From contig OX597814.1 in assembly GCA_951406725.2 (NCBI GenBank), positions 3,472,001-3,536,000 of the forward strand: DNA of 64,000 nt, in the 5' to 3' direction. The notes under the pieces are model-generated. The model was not told the DNA's origin, did not search any database, and saw nothing but the letters and a program-made list of their open reading frames with translations. Source of the DNA: Octopus vulgaris (Eukaryota). A program made the translations under genes and the position numbers. Shown in pieces: positions 54,727-64,000 of the stretch (position 1 is the stretch's first letter; each line of letters starts with the position of its first letter).

Positions 54727-55299
54727 CGATATGTAGAAATATATATAATATATACATAAGTTCACACATACACGTGTGTGAGCTTGTGTGTGTATGTGTA
54801 TGTGTGTACGTGTATGTGCGTGTGTGTGTGTGTGTGTGTGTGTAACCACACCTCCATCCCACATAATCGATCAAAATTCAAACCGTTCCAAATAATAATT
54901 TATGTCACGTGTAATTTTTTTTTAATGTTGCTTATACAACATTAAAACTGATGGCATTTCTAATGCGTAATGTTGAAAATAAAACTTGCGAAATACTTTT
55001 TTTATGTACAGAAAACGAAGTTCGATATTGGATATTGGAACTAACTGTAACTAAGCGATATTGAGGACAATACCATTTACAGTTGTTGATGCACGAGAAG
55101 AATCGGTTTCCTTTTTCTCTGTGGAGAGAAACCAAGTAATGTCTGTTCGTGTCCTTTCGTCTGAGACAAACGAGAAATAATCCTAGCGTTATTATGCAAA
55201 ATCACAATACGAATAATTACGAAGCACTAAATGTGCTCGACCCAAAAAAATGTTGGGCCGTGCTCAAACGAGCCTTGACTATATATATATCTATATATA

Positions 55300-55470
55300 G
55301 GCGCTGGAGTGGCTGTATGGTAAGTAGCTTGCTTACCAACCACATGGTTCCGGGTTCAGTCCCACTGCGTGGCACCTTGGGCAAGTGTCTTTTACTATAG
55401 CCTCGGGCCGACCAAAGCTTTGTGAGTGGATTTGGTAGACGGAAGCCGAAAGAAGCCCATCGTATATATG

Positions 55471-55504
<34 letters not shown>

Positions 55505-55737
55505 CGTGTGTGTGTGTGTTTGTGTGTCTGTGTTTGTCCCCTTAGCATTGCTTGACAACCGATGCCGGTGTATTTACGTCACCGTCACTTAGCGGTTCGG
55601 CAAAAAAGACCGATAGAATAAGTACTGGGCTTACAAAGAATAAGTCCCGGGGTCGATTTGCTCGACTAAAGGCTGTGCTCCAGCATGGCCGCAGTCAAAT
55701 GACTGAAACAAGTAAAAGAGTAAAAGAGTAAAAGAGT
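55300..55737 (+). mobile_element. SINE family B, full length
   Basis: Head to (AGTAAAAG)3 tail. Confidence 0.9.
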
Positions 55738-56324
55738 ATATATATTCTTGTTGTTTGGGTTATACTGCGATGTAGCTTTAACTCAGTAAAACAGGCGTCG
55801 GTCCAATCTTTCTTCCACTGTCGTTATTTATAGATTATGGTCAGGAGCTGCTATTATGCGCGTTTACTGAATACGGGATATAGAATCTGACCTTGTGCCA
55901 TATCGCTGCCAGCTAAATTTCTATATTTACTCCTAGTTAGACAAATAGAAGCAAGAAAAATCTTCTCTTTTACTCTTTTTATCTTAGATGTGAAAATAGA
56001 CAAGGAATTCCATTAGCTGGTGTAATTATACTTTACCGGAGAACATGGGTATCATGGAATTTTAATAGAATTTGTATTAAAGTGTGTATAAAAAAATTTC
56101 ACGAATAATTTCAGTTCCATTAATGCTAAACAACTGCCAAATAACGGTAATGTTATTGTCGAATACTCTTGTATGAACGCTTCGAAATGCCCACTTATCG
56201 AGGAGTTTTTGGCAACATCTTTACAGTGGCATGACGACAAATAGTTTCAAGACAAGCTATTACTTACATTGACATTACTTTTGTCAATCCTAACAGTGAT
56301 TTAATAATACTTAGTCTATTCAAT

Positions 56325-56460
56325 GCGGTGAAGTGCTAGACTCGTTAGCACGCCGGACAAACTGCTCCGGGGCATTTCGTCCGATTTTACGTTCTGAGTT
56401 CAAATGTCACAGAGGTCGGCTTTGCTTTCATCCATTCGGGGTCGATAAAATGACTACCAC
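56325..56460 (+). mobile_element. Partial diverged SINE family A
   Basis: CGTTAGCACGCCGG...GAGTTCAAAT...TTTCATCCATTCGGGGTCGATAAA. Confidence 0.7.
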
Positions 56461-56820
56461 TGGTATTTGCTTTCGAATCTACAAGAATGGTAACAACAAA
56501 ACTGAACTTTGTTGTCATCCGTGTGACTCTATTGAAAATGTTTCAAAATTATCACCGAATAAGAATGACTTAAATTAAAGAATTGAATTTAATCAAATAT
56601 CTGCTATGAAATTAGTTTCAAAAGAACGATTCGTCTTAGAATTGAAACCAAACGCTTTTCACCCTTTCATGCATTCCTTATCCCATTTCATTTGTCTTTG
56701 TTACAATTGCTAATCTTTCTCTTCTACTGTCTTCCTCTAGACTTATTGCTTTGAACAAAAGAGCATTACAAAGTGTTTATTATAGTTTTACATGTATTCT
56801 TACGAGAAAGAGAAAGAGAA

Positions 56821-56859
<39 letters not shown>

Positions 56860-57584
56860 AGTAGTGTATGAATGTATGTGTGTTGCCAAGACTGTTTTAT
56901 CACCACTGACACAAGAAAACAGAGACTGAAATATCACTGGAGCTACATTTAGCCACCCGACTGAATTAAATTTCGTTATATGCTACATGGTACTGACAAA
57001 GCGCAACGAAGCTGAAATGCTCATCTAGCACTCCTATCTTTGGCTACTGCATGATATTCGTCTGCTACTTATATAGTTTTGAGTTTTTGAACACATTGCG
57101 TCCAAAAGGGATATCATCTCCACAGGAATACCGCAGTTAATAAATCAATATGTCTTTCCTGGTGAAGTTTTTGCATTAGGGATGTTTCACAGATTGTTTT
57201 ATATATGTGTGTGTGTGGGTAGAGACAGAGAAAGAGGCACAGAGAGAGAGACACAGAGAGGCACAGAGAGATACAGAGAGACACAAAGAGAGAGAGACAC
57301 ACAAAGAGAGAGAGACACAGAGTGAGAGAGAGATATATAGGTGATTGTTTGTATATCAATTTATATATAAAAACAACATTGATTTGAATATGTACTTAAT
57401 ACTTCTTAGAGGATTAAATGTTCATTAAACTTGTACCCAGTATGACTGCAGCCGCATGGCAGAAACGAGTAAAAGGGTAAGAGTAAGTGAAAGTCTAAGG
57501 TGAGAAAGCCGATACTTCGAAGTCACTGCAGACTTTTCTCTTCCAATATTTTGATAAACATAATGTGTAACTGTGTTACTGCGA

Positions 57585-57705
<121 letters not shown>

Positions 57706-57735
57706 TGTGTGTGTCTGTGTGTCTGTGTGCATATA

Positions 57736-58553
57736 CGAGTTCTGATCAATAAGTATCCGGAATGTCACCATAGTAACAAAGTTTTAACATTCTAGCTCAC
57801 TTCTGCTGCTTACAGCAGTGCTTGGAAGAAAGATGTGTAGCATGTCATGGTCGCATTGACTATGACAGAGAAGGTTGCCATGGCAATACTTGCTCCGAGG
57901 CCTATGCAAAGTTGCAGACAAGTGTATGGAGAGGAGTGTTTGAGCCGCACACAAGTGTATGAGTGGTTCAGACGTTTCCAAGATGACCGAAAAAATGTCG
58001 ATATTGACGAACGTTCTGGAAGAACCGCAACCAACAGAACTGAGAAAAATATCGCAGATGTGCGTGCAACTGAGAGAGGAAATCGTCGAATCACCATCCG
58101 TGAGTAATCAGAGGATGTGCAGATTAGTTACGGTTCAGTTCAGCCGATTATCACTGAAGATTAGGGTATGAGACGCGTGTCTGCCAAGTTTGTGCCAAAA
58201 CTGCTTTCAGCTGACCAAAAAGAAACTTGGGTTGCATAAGATCTCCTTGATTATGTCGAGAACAATGAAAGGTTTTTGAAAACTTTGCGTAGGCCTCTGA
58301 GCAGATATCACCAAGCTTTTAGCAAAATTTGATGCAGATTCTCTGCTCAACTTTGTCATGATCAATGCGACGATCACACGCTACACACCTTCCTACCAAG
58401 CACTTCTGTAAACAGCGGGAGTGAGCTAGAACGTTAAAATTTAGTTCGCATGTACAGCAGAGTTCAAGGTCAATCAGTATCGAGCAGCTTCACTCAGTCT
58501 GCTTTAGCTTCGTTACTATGGCAACATTCCGGATGCTTATTGATCAGACCATG
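57736..58553 (+). mobile_element. Mariner deletion derivative with long inverted ends, TA TSD
   Basis: TA|CGAGTTCTGATCAATAAGTATCCGGAATG ... CATTCCGGATGCTTATTGATCAGACCATG|TA; VYGEECLSRTQVYEWFRRF..ERSGR..RRITIRE..SAKFVPKLL. Confidence 0.85.
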
Positions 58554-59052
58554 TATACATGAATATATAAATCTATACACACACACACACACATATATAT
58601 ATACATGCGTCAGCATACACATAGAATGTGTGTATAGATTGTATAGAGAAAGACATAGAAAGACAGAGATAGAAAATAATCTGAGCACAACGTCACCATA
58701 ATCGCCACCACCACCACAACCATCACCAGCGCCATCACTCACTACCGCAACTACCACTACAGCATAACCACTCGTACTACTACTACTACTACTAATACTA
58801 CTACTACTACCATCAAGATATCATTACAAGATTTCTATAACGACAGACTTAAGAAATCCATGAAATACATACCAAATGCGTGTGTCATTAATCATAAACC
58901 ATTCGTTTTTGGTGATGTTTTTCTTCACAAACCTACCACCGACCCCCACCCGTTCCTCACCTGCTCCACTATCTTCAAATCAGCGTCGTGTCTAAGTTAT
59001 TGCATATTTACATACAAAAACACACGCACACACACGTGTGTGTGTGCATAAT

Positions 59053-59107
<55 letters not shown>

Positions 59108-59109
59108 TC

Positions 59110-59310
59110 TTTTATTCTTTCTTTCATTCCTTTCAGTCGTTTGACTGTGACCATTCTGGAGCACCGTCTTTAGTCGAACAAATCGACCTAGGAAGTTATT
59201 CTTTGTTAGCCTAGTACTTAGTATATCGGTCTCTTTTGTCGAGCCGTTAAGTTACGGAGACGTGAACACACCAGCATCGGTTGTCAAGCGATGCTGGAGG
59301 GATCAAAACA

Positions 59311-59384
<74 letters not shown>

Positions 59385-59547
59385 CGACAGGCTTCTTTCA
59401 GTTTCCGTCTACAAAATCCACTCACAAGGCTTTGGTCGGCCCGAAACTATAGTAGAAGACACTTGCCCAAGGTGCCATGCAGCGGGATTGAACCTGGAAC
59501 CATGTGGTTGGCAAGCAAACTACTTATCACACAGCCACTCCTGTGCC
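59110..59547 (-). mobile_element. SINE family B, full length
   Basis: Tail, internal (CA)n(TA)n, head. Confidence 0.85.
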
Positions 59548-59819
59548 TATATATAGGCATTGAGTCGAACCAGGGGCAGCTGATGAAGGGGAATATTCCT
59601 TGTATTGTTTGTCTTGTACTCTGTTTTTTCGTTGTTAAAAAAAGTCCGTTTCCTTGTTTGATTTTATGTTTTCGTTTCTCGTTGTGTGCTACGTTTATTT
59701 GTGGTGTCCTGTACTCATATATATATATGCATGTATATATACATATAGATGTAAGTATGTACATATATGTATATATATATGCATATGTTTTATTTATTTA
59801 TTATATTGTTATTATATAT

Positions 59820-59883
<64 letters not shown>

Positions 59884-59945
59884 TAACAGAATGAGATAAA
59901 AAATCCAAGGCTGTGAATAGTTTTCCGAACATTTATAAAAAGAGG

Positions 59946-59993
59946 GTCTTACAGCTGTTTCCAGGATATTTTATATATCCCTTCATCACAGAC
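59946..59993 (-). ncRNA. Minimal hammerhead-like motif
   Basis: GUCU-GUGAUGA-AGGGAUAU auaaa AUAUCCUG-GAAA-C AGCU G-UA-AGAC; only C3 is substituted. Confidence 0.65.
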
Positions 59994-60785
59994 GGTGCGA
60001 GATGTTTAGGTAATAGTTAATATAGAGAAGATATGAAATACAGAGGGAAGTGGAGTAATGAAAACAGACGTGAGATACGTAAGAATATTGTATCTACAGT
60101 TGCATTATTTAAGCAGAATGGTGTATATCTATACAGGCTTCCTGTACATTGTGTGTGTACACACACACACACATACACACACACATACACATACACACAC
60201 ACACTTACATAGCCTTCCTCTTTTATCTTTTACTTGTTTCAGTCATTTTACTGCGGCCATGCTGGGGCACCGCCTTGAAACGAATCGATCAGAGGACCTC
60301 TTTCTTTTCCGTTATCGGCTGGCACTTATTCTATAGGTGCCTTTTGCCGCACTGCTATGTTACGGTGACATAATCACACCAACACCGGTTGTCAAGGGGG
60401 AAAATGACGGGCGCATAGACACACACAAATATATATCTGTATATATATATATATATTATATAGATAGATAGATAGATAGATGTACATTTGCACATATATA
60501 TAAATATATTTCAAATTTGTTTACAGAAATCGTTTAGAATATGCAAGTAAAGCTCCTATTCCATTATGCCGGCCTCTCGCGAATGATGCTGATTCTGATG
60601 AACATCCACTAATGTTATATCGCCTGAAGAAATGAATCCATGAAGATGATCAACCCGATGCCCTCGGATACTACGGACGACACTGTAATCATACCAGAGA
60701 CATGTGATTTGTGGAAACGCGCGTAGCCATGCTATAAAAGTTTATAAATTCCATCCATGGATTGTTATTAATATTAGTATCATTA

Positions 60786-60844
<59 letters not shown>

Positions 60845-60888
60845 TCAGCTGACAGGGTGAGTTTTGTTTAACCCTAGGTGCAGTAAGA

Positions 60889-60946
60889 GCCACCGATGAG
60901 AATTAAGATGCTCTACATCAAAATTCGAAATCACTGGTGGTCTGGC
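60889..60946 (+). ncRNA. Hammerhead-like motif with CCGAUGA core
   Basis: GCCA-CCGAUGA-GAAUU..GAUG cucua CAUC..AAUUC-GAAA-UCAC ug GUGG-UC-UGGC. Confidence 0.65.
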
Positions 60947-61132
60947 AATTTTCACCAGGGAGTTTATCTCCCTCGTCAGTCATTAAGATAATGCATTTGT
61001 ATTTATTGAGTAGTTTTGACTCTACATTTCTAGCAACGCCGGTACCACTTAATAGCCTCTGTCACTTTAGAGACGTCTATAAATTTGCCTTTAGGTTGAA
61101 TAATTGATAAGAAGCCAGCCATATTATACATG

Positions 61133-61217
<85 letters not shown>

Positions 61218-61219
<2 letters not shown>

Positions 61220-61375
61220 CGAGTTCACGAAAGAACAAAAGACGAAGACAGGTGGTGTACAAAACAAACAGATGTATTAGTATAACGCTCAGGAATAGAA
61301 AAAGTCTTTTATGTTTCGAGCTTATGCTCTTCTACAGAAAGGGATATAGAAGAAAAAAAAATAGGAGAGAAAACA
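61218..61375 (-). mobile_element. PLE terminus related to 22499-22598
   Basis: Shares CTAATACA.CTG.TTGT...CCTGTCTTCGTCTTTTGTT and a decayed CTGTAGA-AGAGC ataa GCTC-GAAAC; sits between (TA)n tracts. Confidence 0.6.
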
Positions 61376-61390
61376 AATGTGTGTAGTGGC

Positions 61391-61500
<110 letters not shown>

Positions 61501-61505
61501 AAACT

Positions 61506-61802
61506 CGATCGGTTACGACGACAAGGCTCCCAGCAGATACAATCAGCGGAACAGCCAGCTCGGGAAATTAACGTGTAAGTGGCTGAGTACTCCACAGACA
61601 CGTGTACCCTTAACGTAGTTCTCAGGGAGATTCAGCGTGACACAGAGTGTGACAAGGCTGGCCCTTTGAATTACAGCTACTACTCATTTTCGCCAGCTGA
61701 GTGAACTGGAACAACGTGCTCAAGGGCACAACGCGTCGCCAGGAATCTAATTCACGACCTTACAATCGTGAGCCGAATGCCCTCACCACTAATCCACGCA
61801 CC

Positions 61803-61805
<3 letters not shown>
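61506..61805 (-). mobile_element. SINE with family D head and family C tail
   Basis: Same architecture as 51414-51735. Confidence 0.8.
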
Positions 61806-61861
<56 letters not shown>

Positions 61862-61895
61862 ATGTATGTATGTATGTATGTATGTATGTATGTAT

Positions 61896-61953
<58 letters not shown>

Positions 61954-62021
61954 TATATATATATATATATATTATATATATCATATATATATATATATAT
62001 ATATATATTAATATATATATC

Positions 62022-62126
62022 AAGGCGTGGCTGTATGGTACGAAGCTTCGTTTCCAACCAAGTGATTTCGGTTTCAGTCCTACTTGGCCAAGTATCTTCT
62101 ACTATAGAATGTGTGTGTGTGTGAGT

Positions 62127-62187
<61 letters not shown>

Positions 62188-62390
62188 TCCTTTTTTTTGT
62201 ATCCCACCACCGCTCGACAACCGATGTTGTTGTGTCTACGTGCCCCAAATTGTCGATTGGATGAAAGAGACCGATTGAATAAGCACCGGGTTTAAAATAA
62301 GAATATTTACTGGTGTCACTGCGCTCGACTAAAATCATTCATGGTGGTGCCCCAGCATGGGCGCAGTCTAATGACTGAGACAAGTAAAAT
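62022..62390 (+). mobile_element. Diverged SINE family B
   Basis: GTGGCTGTATGG head; CCAGCATGGGCGCAGTCTAATGACTGAGACAAGTAAAA tail. Confidence 0.75.
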
Positions 62391-62481
62391 TTATATGTGT
62401 ATATATATATATATATGTTTGTGTGTATGTATATATGTATATATATACATATATATATATGATTGTCTGTATGTATATATG

Positions 62482-62526
<45 letters not shown>

Positions 62527-62534
62527 ATATGAAC

Positions 62535-62578
<44 letters not shown>

Positions 62579-62812
62579 AGAGAGAGAGAGAGATGGAGGG
62601 AGGAAGGGAAGGACGGAGGGAGGGAGAGAGAGAGTGATTTCCGGGAAAGTTTGAGAAGCAATCGAAATAAGAATCATCCGTAGAACGAAGCAAAAATACC
62701 AATTCTTTGGTTAATGATTGAATGCATAATTCCTTTGTCTTTAAGTGCCAGAACATTCATTTAGAAAATGTATATTACATGTACATAAATACATATACAT
62801 ATATACATACAT

Positions 62813-62868
<56 letters not shown>

Positions 62869-62917
62869 GCATACATATATCTATATATACATGTATACAT
62901 ATATATAAATATATATG

Positions 62918-62979
<62 letters not shown>

Positions 62980-63635
62980 ACATATATAGACAGACACACA
63001 TACATACAAACACAAACACACATACATATATATATATATATATATGTAAGATATACTTCTGCTCTCATTAGACGAGAATTCTTGGTCAAACATTTATGAA
63101 ATTACTTTCAGAATTATTTGATTTCGCAGATTCTTCAAAGAATACAAGCAAAAACAGAAACCCCGGTAATAAACATTAGAGAACTCAATATGCAGTTATG
63201 TTTGTGGAGCGAAGATCAAAGGCACCGTAAAGAGAGAATACGATATATATTCGCAACTTTATGGATAACGAATGTTGATGGAATGGTGCAATAATACAAT
63301 GGAATTAAAAACACAAGAAAAGAAATGATTCCGAGTGCGCAAAGTGGATGAGTTATTGGTCTCTGAGACAAGGAATCGAAGTTCTCCGGTTTTAGCAATT
63401 GTTGTTTAAGATTGAATACCTCATCATACAGGATGCAGTGTGGGGCGGTGATCGAATAAGGACGAAAGTGTGGGTTTGAAATGTTTATATAAACATCGAA
63501 ACCGAACATCCATGTATGGTGTTCCGGTTATATGTTCTTATATGTTCTTATATGTTCTTATCCTTCAGGGTACCAACGCACGCGCTCTATGCAGCCATGG
63601 CGATCATTTGATACAGATACACATTTGTGTATATT

Positions 63636-64000
63636 ATTTCTTATTGCCCACAAGGGGTTAAACATAGAGGTGACAAACAAGGACAGACAGACGGATTAAG
63701 TCGATTTCATCGACCCCCAGTGAGTAACTGGTACTTAATTTATCGACCGCGAAAGGATGAAAGGCAAAGTCGAACACGGCGGAATTTGAACTCAGAACGT
63801 AACGGCAGACGAAATACCTATTTCTTTATTACCCACAAGGGGCTAAACATAGAGGAGACAAACAAGGACAGACAAACAGATTAAGTCGATTATATCGACC
63901 CCAGTGCGTAACTGGTACTTAATGTATCTACCCCGAAAGGATGAAAGGCAAAGTCGATCTCGGCGGAATTTGAACTCAGAATGTAGCGGCAGACAAAATA
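63636..64000 (-). mobile_element. Tandem dimer of SINE family A
   Basis: Two ~183-bp units joined at 63818 (AATAAAGAAATA|GGTATTTCGTCTGCCG). Confidence 0.85.

Overview
Very AT-rich, microsatellite-saturated eukaryotic DNA, intergenic or intronic. It is most likely from an octopus/cephalopod, inferred from the tRNA-derived SINE families and the (TA)n/(CA)n/(GATA)n/(TAA)n density. No intact host protein-coding gene is supported; nearly all ORFs in the track are simple-repeat or transposon artefacts. Recognisable content: at least four tRNA-derived SINE families (my working labels A-D), RLE-endonuclease LINE remnants (R4/Dong-like), a Tx1-like LINE inside (GATA)n, RTE- and CR1-like 3' ends, several Tc1/mariner and maT-like DNA transposons, a Chapaev-like transposon and a non-autonomous Helitron. 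There are also many short Penelope-like element (PLE) ends abutting (TA)n tracts; three retain GIY-YIG coding remnants, two of which are absent from the ORF track. The most striking signal is a dense set of minimal hammerhead-ribozyme motifs in these PLE ends. One (42422-42503, minus) has a fully canonical core, several have variant cores, and perfect or near-perfect palindromes have breakpoints on or next to these motifs. SINE family A also shares its 3' tail with the Tx1 LINE. All alignments and folds were done by eye, and family names are assigned from recalled motifs, not database searches.
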